Assembly: GCA_016194665.1 (NCBI GenBank)
Contig: JACQBD010000095.1
Location: 4,101-68,100, forward strand
DNA length: 64,000 nt
Direction: 5' to 3'
Origin: Gammaproteobacteria bacterium
GTDB taxonomy: Bacteria > Pseudomonadota > Gammaproteobacteria > Acidiferrobacterales > Sulfurifustaceae
Shown: piece after piece, positions 18,484-27,487 of the stretch
Position numbering within the stretch: position 1 is the first letter of the stretch
How the letters are laid out: each line of letters opens with the position of its first letter
The notes under the pieces: model-generated
What the model was told of the DNA's origin: nothing
The model's database searches: none
Seen by the model: the letters and a program-made list of their open reading frames with translations, nothing else
Program-made: the position numbers and the translations under genes

Positions 18484-20922
18484 ATGAAGAAGGAAAAGCT
18501 GATATTAATCGGCAATGGCATGGCGGGCGTGCGCGCTCTGGAAGAGCTGATCAACATCGCGCCCGAGATGTACGATATTACCGTCTTCGGTTCTGAGCCT
18601 TACGGCAATTACAACCGCATTCTGCTGTCACCGGTGCTCGCCGGCGAAAAATCGTTTAACGACATTTTGTTGAACGACGATCCGTGGTATGAACAACACC
18701 GCATCACCTTGCACAAAGGTCGCGAAGTAACCGAAATCAATCGCCGCGCCAAAACGGTGGTCACGCGCGACGGCGTCAGCGCCGACTACGATCGTCTGCT
18801 GCTCGCCACCGGTTCGAATCCCGTGATTCTTCCCGTGCCCGGTCATAAACTGCCGGGCGTAATTACTTTTCGCGACATCAGCGACGTCGACACCATGATT
18901 AACGCCGCGCAAACCATGCGCCACGCGGTTGTCATCGGCGGCGGTTTGCTCGGTCTCGAAGCGGCGTATGGATTAAAACAGCGCGGCTTGCACGTCACCG
19001 TCGTGCATCTCATGAAAACCCTGCTCGAACGCCAACTCGATGACGTCGCCGGCGGCATGCTGTTGCAGTCGCTGGAAAAACGCGGCATCCAATTCTTACT
19101 CGGCGCGCAAACCGAGGAAATCATCGGCAAGCAACGGGTGCAAGGCGTACGCTTCAAAGACGGACGCGAAATTTCCGCCGACCTAGTAGTCATGGCCATC
19201 GGCATACGCCCCAACATCGAGCTCGCGAAAAAATCCGGTATTCATTGCGAACGCGGCATCGTCGTCAACGACACGCTGCAAACTTACGATCCGAAGATAT
19301 ATGCCGTGGGCGAATGCGTGCAGCATCGCACGCAAACTTATGGCTTGGTCGCGCCGCTGTTCGAGCAAGCCAAAGTGTGCGCCAATCATTTGGCGCAAAT
19401 CGGTTTCCGCCGTTATCAAGGTTCCATGACCTCGACCAAGCTCAAGGTCACGGGCGTGGACGTATTCTCCGCCGGCGATTTCACCGGCGACGCCACGACC
19501 GAATCCATCGTCCTGCGCGACGGTGCACGCGGCATGTACAAAAAACTCGTCATCAAGGATAACCGCATCCACGGCGCCGTCATGATCGGCGATACCGGCG
19601 ACGGACCGTGGTATTTCCAAATGATGCGCGACCGCCAAGATATCAGCGACATTCGCAGCCGCTTGCTGCACGGCCAGGCGCATCTCGGCGACGCCGGTCA
19701 CGGCGGCGCCACCACCATCGGCATGAGCGACGCCACCGAGATCTGCGGTTGCAACGGCGTGTGCAAGGGCGAAATTGTCAACGCTATTATCGGCAAGAAA
19801 CTTTTCACGCTCGAAGAAGTGCGTTCGCACACCAAGGCGTCTTCTTCTTGCGGCTCATGCACGGGGCTGGTCGAACAAATCCTCGCCGCCACTTTGGGCG
19901 GCGATTACTCGGCCGCGCCCAAAGAAAAACCGCTGTGTCCTTGCACCGACTACACCCACGACGAAGTACGCCAAGCGATTCGCGAACAGCGCCTGCACAC
20001 CATCGACGCGGTGATGCGCCGCATGGAATGGAAAAATTCCGACGGTTGCGCCAGCTGCCGGCCGGCGTTGAATTATTATTTGATTTCCACCTGGCCCGCT
20101 GAAACCAAAGATGACTATCAAGCACGTTTCATTAATGAGCGTGCTCACGCCAACATTCAAAAAGACGGCACCTATTCCGTGGTGCCGCGTATTTGGGGCG
20201 GTGTGGTGACGCCGAAAGAATTGCATGCCATCGCCGCGGTCGCGGAACAATTCGAAGTGCCGGAAGTGAAAATCACCGGCGGCCAACGCATCGACCTCTT
20301 AGGCGTGAAAAAAGAAAATTTACCGGCAGTGTGGCGCGAACTCGGCAAAGCCGGCTTGGTTTCCGGCCACGCCTACGCCAAGGCGCTGCGCACCGTTAAA
20401 ACCTGCGTTGGCCAAGAATGGTGTCGCTTCGGCGTACAGAACTCCACGCAGATGGGCATCACGCTGGAAAAAATGACCTGGGGCTCGTGGACGCCACACA
20501 AATTCAAAATGGCGGTGTCCGGCTGTCCGCGCAATTGCGCCGAAGCCACGATTAAAGATTTCGGCGTAGTCGCGGTCGAGTCTGGCTGGGAATTGCACGT
20601 CGGCGGCAACGGCGGTGTGAAGGTGCGCGTCACCGATTTGCTGTGCAAGGTAAAAACCGAGCAAGAAGTGCTCGAATACTGCGGCGCCTTCATGCAGCTG
20701 TATCGCGAAGAAGCGCGTTATCTGGAGCGCACCGCGCCGTGGATCGAGCGCGTCGGCCTGTCTTACGTCAAGCAACAATTGATCGAAGACGCGGACAAAC
20801 GTCGCGCGCTGTATGCACGTTTTCTGGATTCGCAGAAATACGTGCAGACCGATCCCTGGGCACAACGCGCCGCCGCCGAGGTGCATACGCATGAGTTCAT
20901 TCCACTCAAGCAAGTGGTTTGA
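18484..20922 (+). CDS. nirB: Assimilatory nitrite reductase large subunit
   Basis: IGNGMAG FAD motif, ICGCNGVCKG and CGSC Fe-S motifs, ANIQKDGTYSVVPR, CPRNCAE siroheme motif; start MKKEKL lies downstream of the sigma54 promoter. Confidence 0.95.
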   Translation: MKKEKLILIGNGMAGVRALEELINIAPEMYDITVFGSEPYGNYNRILLSPVLAGEKSFNDILLNDDPWYEQHRITLHKGREVTEINRRAKTVVTRDGVSADYDRLLLATGSNPVILPVPGHKLPGVITFRDISDVDTMINAAQTMRHAVVIGGGLLGLEAAYGLKQRGLHVTVVHLMKTLLERQLDDVAGGMLLQSLEKRGIQFLLGAQTEEIIGKQRVQGVRFKDGREISADLVVMAIGIRPNIELAKKSGIHCERGIVVNDTLQTYDPKIYAVGECVQHRTQTYGLVAPLFEQAKVCANHLAQIGFRRYQGSMTSTKLKVTGVDVFSAGDFTGDATTESIVLRDGARGMYKKLVIKDNRIHGAVMIGDTGDGPWYFQMMRDRQDISDIRSRLLHGQAHLGDAGHGGATTIGMSDATEICGCNGVCKGEIVNAIIGKKLFTLEEVRSHTKASSSCGSCTGLVEQILAATLGGDYSAAPKEKPLCPCTDYTHDEVRQAIREQRLHTIDAVMRRMEWKNSDGCASCRPALNYYLISTWPAETKDDYQARFINERAHANIQKDGTYSVVPRIWGGVVTPKELHAIAAVAEQFEVPEVKITGGQRIDLLGVKKENLPAVWRELGKAGLVSGHAYAKALRTVKTCVGQEWCRFGVQNSTQMGITLEKMTWGSWTPHKFKMAVSGCPRNCAEATIKDFGVVAVESGWELHVGGNGGVKVRVTDLLCKVKTEQEVLEYCGAFMQLYREEARYLERTAPWIERVGLSYVKQQLIEDADKRRALYARFLDSQKYVQTDPWAQRAAAEVHTHEFIPLKQVV

Positions 20923-21053
20923 TTTAGGGAATTTCCGCGCACGCTTGAGCGTCCTGCACATTAATAAAGTTATTTTCCCATTCAAAATATTTTGTGGCTA
21001 CGTTAGCCTGTGCACGGTTAACATAGCTTCTTCGCGTTCTTAAGCCATTCAAT

Positions 21054-21416
21054 ATGTTGCCGACTAAAAAAGAAGTTTCTCCTGAATCCAGCGCCGAATG
21101 GCTGGAAATTGGCAGCCTCGAAGATATCCCGCGCCAAGGCGCGCGCGTGGTGCGTCTGGCCGAAGGCGACGTGGCGGTGTTTCGCACCGCCGAGGACGAA
21201 ATATTCGCGCTGCGCGATCGCTGCCCGCATAAGGGCGGGCCGCTGTCGCAAGGCATCGTGTACGGCAAGAAGGTCGCCTGCCCGCTGCATAATAGGAGCG
21301 TACATCTGGATTCGGGCGAAGCCGTGGCGCCCGATAAAGGCTGTGCCGCCACTTATCCTCTTATGATAAAAGAAGGTCGAATCTTTTTGGGACGCCGCGG
21401 TCAAACTTCGAGTTAA
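21054..21416 (+). CDS. nirD: Nitrite reductase small (Rieske) subunit
   Basis: CPHKGGPLSQG, ACPLH. Confidence 0.92.
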   Translation: MLPTKKEVSPESSAEWLEIGSLEDIPRQGARVVRLAEGDVAVFRTAEDEIFALRDRCPHKGGPLSQGIVYGKKVACPLHNRSVHLDSGEAVAPDKGCAATYPLMIKEGRIFLGRRGQTSS

Positions 21417-21477
21417 ATCAGTAGCTCTTTTTACCCTCTATCGAAAATATTTTTAACAATAATTTTAAGGAGTGCTC

Positions 21478-22710
21478 GTGGACAGAAGGAATTTTCTAAA
21501 AAATACAGCGGGTGGCGTATTGGCGGCAGCCGGCGGTCTGGTTCTTCCTAAACATGTTTTCGGCGCGAGTCCCACCACCAATTTAAACGAATTACCCGCA
21601 GGCACCGTGGCGTCCGCGGTTTTAGAAAGTCTGCCGGGTAAACGGCCATTGATTAAACGCAGTTATCGTCCGCCTAATTTCGAAACACCGGTTGAATACT
21701 TTAACGAAATATTCACACCGAATGACGCCTTCTTCGTACGTTATCATTTATCTAATATCCCCGAAGTCAGCGCCGACAGCTGGCGTTTGAAAATCGGCGG
21801 CGACGCCGCGCAAAAACCGTTTGAACTCACACTTGAACAACTCAAGCGCGATTTCGAACAGGTTGAAATTGCCGCGGTATGCATGTGCTCGGGCAATCGC
21901 CGTGGTTTGTCAGTGCCGCACGTTCCAGGCGTGGAATGGGCGCACGGCGCCATGGGTAATGCGCGCTGGAAAGGCGTGCGCCTGCGCGACGTATTGAATA
22001 AAGCCGGCATCGCCAAAGAAACCGTGGAAGTCGCCTTCGACGGCAGCGATCGCGGCGTGTTGGACGCCACTCCCGATTTCGTGAAAAGCATTCCGGCTTG
22101 GAAAGCGCTGGACGAAAATACCTTGATCGCTTACGAAATGAACGGCGCGCCTTTGCCGCATTGGAACGGCTTCCCAGCGCGCATCATCGTGCCCGGCTGG
22201 ACCGCCACCTATTGGATGAAACACGTCACCTCGATCACCCTGCTCACGCAACCCTTTAAAGGTTTCTGGGTGAACACGGCGTACCGCATTCCCAAAGGCA
22301 AATTTCCTATCACGCAACAGTTCGTGTCGCAAGAAAACGAAACCACCACGCCCATCACCGAAATGGTGGTCAACTCGCTGATCACCAATCTTAAGCCCAA
22401 TCAAACTTTCCGCCTCGGTCAACCGGTGGTGGTGAAAGGGATCGCTTGGGACAGCGGCTACGGCATTCGCTTGGTGGAAGTCTCTACCGACGGCGGCATG
22501 ACCTGGCGCGATGCGCAACTGGAAAAAGATTACGGTCGTTTCTCATGGCGTCAGTGGAGTTACGCTTTCAAGCCGTCTAAAAAAGGTTCGTATAGCGTCC
22601 TTGCCAAGGCCAGCAACAGTCAAGGCGCGAGTCAAACCTTCGAGTGGATATTCAATGCCGCCGGCTACCACAACAACGTGGTTCAGCAAATTGCCATCGC
22701 CGTGACCTAA
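21478..22710 (+). CDS. sorA: Tat-exported sulfite-oxidase-family molybdoenzyme (SorA-like)
   Basis: DRRNFLK Tat motif, FFVRYH, CSGNRR, GAMGNARWKGV, NGFPARIIVPGW, GYHNN; GTG 5 nt after AAGGAG. Confidence 0.82.
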   Translation: MDRRNFLKNTAGGVLAAAGGLVLPKHVFGASPTTNLNELPAGTVASAVLESLPGKRPLIKRSYRPPNFETPVEYFNEIFTPNDAFFVRYHLSNIPEVSADSWRLKIGGDAAQKPFELTLEQLKRDFEQVEIAAVCMCSGNRRGLSVPHVPGVEWAHGAMGNARWKGVRLRDVLNKAGIAKETVEVAFDGSDRGVLDATPDFVKSIPAWKALDENTLIAYEMNGAPLPHWNGFPARIIVPGWTATYWMKHVTSITLLTQPFKGFWVNTAYRIPKGKFPITQQFVSQENETTTPITEMVVNSLITNLKPNQTFRLGQPVVVKGIAWDSGYGIRLVEVSTDGGMTWRDAQLEKDYGRFSWRQWSYAFKPSKKGSYSVLAKASNSQGASQTFEWIFNAAGYHNNVVQQIAIAVT

Positions 22711-22722
22711 GGAGAACAGATA

Positions 22723-23001
22723 ATGAAAAAAATACTTCTGCTTGTTTCGATATTGTTTTCGCTGACTGCGGCCGCGGATGAAAGCGCCATTAAACTCCAG
22801 CAAGGCGCTGGCTTGGATGCGGTCACGCGCAACTGTTCCACCTGCCATAGCCTCGATTACATCCCGATGAACTCGGTATTCCAAGAGCGCAAAGGCTGGG
22901 AAGCGACGGTGAATAAGATGATCAAAGTCATGGGCGCGCCAATTAAGCCAGAAGACGTGCCCCCTATCGTCGATTACCTCACTGCACATTACGGCAAATA
23001 A
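22723..23001 (+). CDS. sorB: Monoheme cytochrome c subunit (SorB-like)
   Basis: Signal peptide, CSTCHSLDY, WEATVNKM; directly after sorA. Confidence 0.8.
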   Translation: MKKILLLVSILFSLTAAADESAIKLQQGAGLDAVTRNCSTCHSLDYIPMNSVFQERKGWEATVNKMIKVMGAPIKPEDVPPIVDYLTAHYGK

Positions 23002-23024
23002 ATCGCCGTGCTACAGTAGCGCCG

Positions 23025-24011
23025 ATGACAGCCCAACTAATCGACCGGTTTCAACGCACTATCGAATATGTCCGGCTCTCGGTAACGGACCGTTGCGATT
23101 TGCGCTGTCGTTATTGTCTACCGGAAGGTTATCGCGATTTTCAAGAACCCGATACCTGGCTCAGCTTCGACGAAATAGAACGGGTGGTGCGCGCTTTCAC
23201 CGAACTGGGGGTGGCGCGGATTCGCCTCACGGGCGGCGAGCCGCTGACGCGGCGCGATCTGCCGACGCTGGCGGCGCGCTTGGCGCGTTTGCCGGGGCTC
23301 GATGACTTATCGCTTTCCACCAACGCCGTGCAACTTAAGAAATATGCTGCTGACCTGCATCGTGCCGGCGTGCGCCGGCTGAATGTCAGCTTGGATTCCT
23401 TGCACGCCGATCGATTTGCCGCCATCACCGGCGGCGGTCATTTAAACAAAGTGCTGGATGGATTGATGGCGGCCAAAGCCGTGGGCTTCAGTCCGATTAA
23501 ACTCAACATGGTAGTGATGCGCGATGTCAACGATGACGAGATCGAAGACATGGTTCGATTCAGTCTGGAACACGGCTTCACGCTGCGCTTGATTGAAACC
23601 ATGCCCTTGGGAGAAACCGGCCGCGCCGCCACCGAACAATTTGTCGATCTACAAAAAATTCGCCAACGCCTGGCGGAAACTTTCGATTTGGTTCCGGCGG
23701 TTATGCCGGGCGGCGGTCCGGCGCGTTATGTGCAGGTCGCCGGCACCGATCTCAAGATAGGTTTCATTACGCCGCTGTCGCAACATTTTTGCGAAACTTG
23801 CAATCGCGTACGGCTGGCGGCCGATGGCACGCTTTATCTTTGCTTGGGACAAAACGACAAAGTGGAATTGCGTCCTTTGTTGCGCCAGGGAATTTCGAAT
23901 GCAGAGCTAAAGAGGCAGATTCATGCAGCCATCGCCTTGAAACCGGAACGACATGAATTCAAGGAACAGCCGCGTAAAATAATCCGGTTTATGTCTTCCA
24001 CCGGCGGATAA
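23025..24011 (+). CDS. moaA: GTP 3',8-cyclase, molybdenum cofactor biosynthesis
   Basis: CDLRCRYC radical SAM motif, FCETCNRVRL, terminal GG. Confidence 0.96.
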   Translation: MTAQLIDRFQRTIEYVRLSVTDRCDLRCRYCLPEGYRDFQEPDTWLSFDEIERVVRAFTELGVARIRLTGGEPLTRRDLPTLAARLARLPGLDDLSLSTNAVQLKKYAADLHRAGVRRLNVSLDSLHADRFAAITGGGHLNKVLDGLMAAKAVGFSPIKLNMVVMRDVNDDEIEDMVRFSLEHGFTLRLIETMPLGETGRAATEQFVDLQKIRQRLAETFDLVPAVMPGGGPARYVQVAGTDLKIGFITPLSQHFCETCNRVRLAADGTLYLCLGQNDKVELRPLLRQGISNAELKRQIHAAIALKPERHEFKEQPRKIIRFMSSTGG

Positions 24012-24025
24012 ATTTTGGCTGGGTT

Positions 24026-24514
24026 TTAGCGCAGTTGTTGAATCAGTTTGTCTTCTATCTCAATACGCGCCGCCAGTTCCTCGCCTAAGCGCGATAAATC
24101 ATCGCTGAACGACATGGCGATTTCACAATGATCGCCGCAATCGTATTTATCGTTGAAATCCAAGGCGGACTCGGTGGTGCTGGCGATGCGCGGGTAAAGT
24201 TTTTCTGCCAACGCGGAAACTTGTTGACGGCGTTCGGTACCGTTGATGATGCGTTCGTAAAGACTGAAATGACCGGCGGCAATATAATCGACCAGGACTT
24301 GGCAAAATTTCTGTAGCAGTTCTTGCGTGGGTTTACTGCGTGAGTTTTTTCCATTGTTGCTGCCGTAGGATTCGACACCGGCCAGTTGGCAATATAGCGT
24401 TAGCATTTCGGTGCGTTCGGCTATTAACTTCTGTGACAACTCTTGGCTACCGGCGCGGCGGTCATTGGCTTTCGCCGAGGATGCACTAGTCTCTCGTTTA
24501 TGTTCGGTGGTCAT
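24026..24514 (-). CDS. rsd: Rsd/AlgQ anti-sigma70 factor
   Basis: FCQVLVDYIAAGHFSLYE, ALDFNDKY, LSRLGEELAARIEIEDKLI. Confidence 0.88.
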   Translation of the reverse strand: MTTEHKRETSASSAKANDRRAGSQELSQKLIAERTEMLTLYCQLAGVESYGSNNGKNSRSKPTQELLQKFCQVLVDYIAAGHFSLYERIINGTERRQQVSALAEKLYPRIASTTESALDFNDKYDCGDHCEIAMSFSDDLSRLGEELAARIEIEDKLIQQLR

Positions 24515-24631
24515 GTTGTCCCCTTGTCCCACTGCGTGATGTTAAAACTACTATAGCAAAACTATACCCTCTCCTCTTGCGTTTGTTAATCTATTTGCGT
24601 TATTAAAAATCCGTTGTCGCAGCGTGGCAAT

Positions 24632-25987
24632 TTAACCCGAAAGGCCGGGCAAGCGACCCTTGACATCGCGCAGCAAACGTTGCAGTCCGCCCTTGCCCAT
24701 GCGTTTCATCATTTTTTGCATTTGATCGAATTGCTTGAGAAGTCGATTGACTTCTTGAACTTGAGTACCGGAACCGGCGGCGATACGGCGTTTACGCGAA
24801 CCGCGTATTATGTCCGGTAAGCGACGTTCATGCGGCGTCATGGAGTTGATGATCGCCACCAGACGTTTGGTTTGTTTGTCGTTGAGCTGCGCTTTGGCGG
24901 CGTCGGGCACCTCGGCGGCACCGGGCAATTTTTCCATTAAGCTCGCGAGCCCGCCCATTTTTTCCATTTGCAACAACTGATCGCGGAAATCTTCCAGGTC
25001 GAAACCTTTGCCTTTGGCCAGCTTCTGCGCAAACTCCTGGGTTTTCTCTTTATCGACGGCGCGCTGCGCGTCTTCCACCAAACCGAGCACATCGCCCATG
25101 CCTAGTATGCGCGCGGCCACGCGCTCGGGATGAAACGCTTCGAGTGCGTCGGCCTTTTCGCCGATGCCTAAAAATTTAATCGGCTTGCCGGTCACCTGGC
25201 GAATCGACAAAGCCGCGCCGCCGCGGGCGTCACCGTCGGTTTTGGTGAGAATCACGCCGGTCAGCGCCAGCGTATCGTTAAATGCCTTGGCGGTATTCAC
25301 CGCGTCTTGGCCGGTCATGCTGTCGACCACGAACAAGGTTTCCACCGGCTCGATGGCGGCGTGCACCGCGCGGATTTCCTGCATCATGGATTCATCCACG
25401 TGCAAACGTCCGGCGCTGTCGACGATCAACACGTCGATCAAACGCTTGCGCGCTTCTTCAACCGCGCGGCGTGCGATGTCCACGGGTTTTTGATCGGGCG
25501 TGCTCGGGAAAAATTCGGCGCCCACCATGATCGCCAATTTTTGCAATTGATCGATGGCCGCCGGACGATACACGTCGACACTCGTCACCATCACCGATTT
25601 GTTTTCGCGTTCGCGCAAAAACCGCGCGAGCTTGGCGACGCTGGTGGTCTTGCCGGCGCCTTGCAGACCGGCCAATAAAATCACCGCCGGCGGTCGCGTC
25701 GCCAAATTCAATTGCTCGTTGGCCGCACCCATCAGCGCCACCAATTCATCGTGTACGATTTTTACCAACACTTGCCCGGGGGTAAGACTGACAAGCACTT
25801 CTTGTCCCGCGGCCTTGGTGCGCACGTGCTCGATGAAATCTTTGACCACCGGCAAGGCGACGTCGGCCTCGAGTAAAGCCATGCGCACTTCGCGCAACGC
25901 CTCGCGCGTGTTGTCTTCGGTGAGGCGACCTTCGCCGCGCAGACGTTTGAGGGTGACCTGGAGCCTTTGGCTGAGATTATCGAACAT
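24632..25987 (-). CDS. ffh: Signal recognition particle protein
   Basis: MFDNLSQRL, GLQGAGKTT, DSAGR, TKTDGDARGG, M-domain. Confidence 0.98.
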   Translation of the reverse strand: MFDNLSQRLQVTLKRLRGEGRLTEDNTREALREVRMALLEADVALPVVKDFIEHVRTKAAGQEVLVSLTPGQVLVKIVHDELVALMGAANEQLNLATRPPAVILLAGLQGAGKTTSVAKLARFLRERENKSVMVTSVDVYRPAAIDQLQKLAIMVGAEFFPSTPDQKPVDIARRAVEEARKRLIDVLIVDSAGRLHVDESMMQEIRAVHAAIEPVETLFVVDSMTGQDAVNTAKAFNDTLALTGVILTKTDGDARGGAALSIRQVTGKPIKFLGIGEKADALEAFHPERVAARILGMGDVLGLVEDAQRAVDKEKTQEFAQKLAKGKGFDLEDFRDQLLQMEKMGGLASLMEKLPGAAEVPDAAKAQLNDKQTKRLVAIINSMTPHERRLPDIIRGSRKRRIAAGSGTQVQEVNRLLKQFDQMQKMMKRMGKGGLQRLLRDVKGRLPGLSG

Positions 25988-26357
25988 GTCGTGTAATACG
26001 TAAGTTGAACATCATAAATCGAATGCCTGCGCGCGCATCAAGCGCTGCGACCTGTACGGCGGAATATGTCGTGCGATGTCGCGCATTATCTCATCCTCAC
26101 GACCGGGCATCATAGGGGTAATAAAGGGCTTGGGACTGGATTTCAATTTTTTAAGTTCGCCAAAGCATCGCTGGGCGAAGTCCAACAAGAGTAGGCTAGG
26201 CAGTACCGTTTCCGTTCTAAAAAATACTTGCTTCATAAATTGTTTTTGCTCTTCAAAGGGGCAACGACCTATGCCATCATGGCCCCCATCTTATCGTCAG
26301 ACCAACGCGATAGGACGACATTATGGCCAGACGAACCTAAATAAGATGCCATTAACT

Positions 26358-27173
26358 ATGACCAATTCTGCCATGAATTTGCTCGCTCTTGCGCTGTATC
26401 TTAGCGTCGGTGGTTTATTGCTGCTGCATCTGGCGCGCGGCAAAGTGGTCGCAGGCATCAGCAAAATCGGCATTCTCGCTCTGGGCTTGGGCGCGGTGAT
26501 GTTACATGCCGGATTGCTTTATACCGGCTTGTGGCAAGCACATGGATTAAACCTGGCGCTCACGCCGGCGTTCTCGCTGGTAGCGTGGGTGGTGGCGATA
26601 TTGTATCTCACGGTTTCCTTAAGTCGCCCCGTAGATAATCTCGGCATACTTATTATGCCTGTCGCCGGCTTAATGCTGCTGCTGGAATGGTTGTGGCCGG
26701 GACGCATGACCTTACCGCTGACTTCAGGCTTGCAAGCCGTGCACATTGTCATTTCCATCCTGGCTTATAGCTTGCTGTCGTTGGCGACCGTGCAAAGTCT
26801 AATGCTGCTGATACAAGAACGCCATTTACATAGCAAACATGCCGGTGGATTTATCCGCGCACTGCCGCCGATGCAAACCATGGAAAGCCTGATGTTCCAA
26901 ATGCTCGGTTTCGGTTTCGCGTTGCTCACGCTTACCTTGATCAGCGGTGGCTTCTTTTCCGAAGCGCTTTTTGGCCAGCCACTCAAATTCACACATCATA
27001 TGATACTCGCGATCATGGCCTGGATCGTGTACGCGATTCTATTGCTGGGCCGTTGGCAGCTGGGCTGGCGCGGGCACACCGCGGTGCGTTGGACCTTGGG
27101 AGGATTCGTGCTGTTGGTATTGGCTTATTTTGGCAGCAAATTTGTTCTAGAAATAATCTTAGGCAGGGCTTGA
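26358..27173 (+). CDS. ypjD: Cytochrome c assembly (CcsA-like) inner membrane protein YpjD
   Basis: Multiple TMs, LPPMQTME, GWRG, LAYFGSKFVLE; divergent from ffh; start uncertain. Confidence 0.85.
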   Translation: MTNSAMNLLALALYLSVGGLLLLHLARGKVVAGISKIGILALGLGAVMLHAGLLYTGLWQAHGLNLALTPAFSLVAWVVAILYLTVSLSRPVDNLGILIMPVAGLMLLLEWLWPGRMTLPLTSGLQAVHIVISILAYSLLSLATVQSLMLLIQERHLHSKHAGGFIRALPPMQTMESLMFQMLGFGFALLTLTLISGGFFSEALFGQPLKFTHHMILAIMAWIVYAILLLGRWQLGWRGHTAVRWTLGGFVLLVLAYFGSKFVLEIILGRA

Positions 27174-27238
27174 CGCATCGCGCGACAAAATAGAAACTCG
27201 TCGGCCATAACTTATAACGAATTACTAGGGGAGCCAGC

Positions 27239-27478
27239 ATGGACGATTCAAGCGCACACAGCGCGGGAAAACCAATGACGCGAGCGGTGCTCTATGGACT
27301 CGCCTCTTTACTGCTCTACTTTTTATTATATCTGTTTGAAGATTCCATTCTCGCTTTCACTACACGCGGCGGCTGGTATTTTATCGTCCCGGTCGCCATT
27401 GCGTTTATATTTTCCTACGCCCACGGAAACTTCACCGCACATTTCTGGGATCTCCTCGGCATCAAGGCAAAAAAGTAA
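27239..27478 (+). CDS. Small two-TM membrane protein coupled to the TauE gene
   Basis: RBS GGGGAG, two hydrophobic helices, FSYAHGNFTAHFWDLLG; 9 bp before tauE. Confidence 0.75.
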   Translation: MDDSSAHSAGKPMTRAVLYGLASLLLYFLLYLFEDSILAFTTRGGWYFIVPVAIAFIFSYAHGNFTAHFWDLLGIKAKK

Positions 27479-27487
27479 AAGGACTCC

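Noticed and set aside
26076-26357. Long N-terminal extension of ypjD
   Set aside because: Not membrane-protein-like; the recognisable hydrophobic sequence begins near MTNSAMNLL
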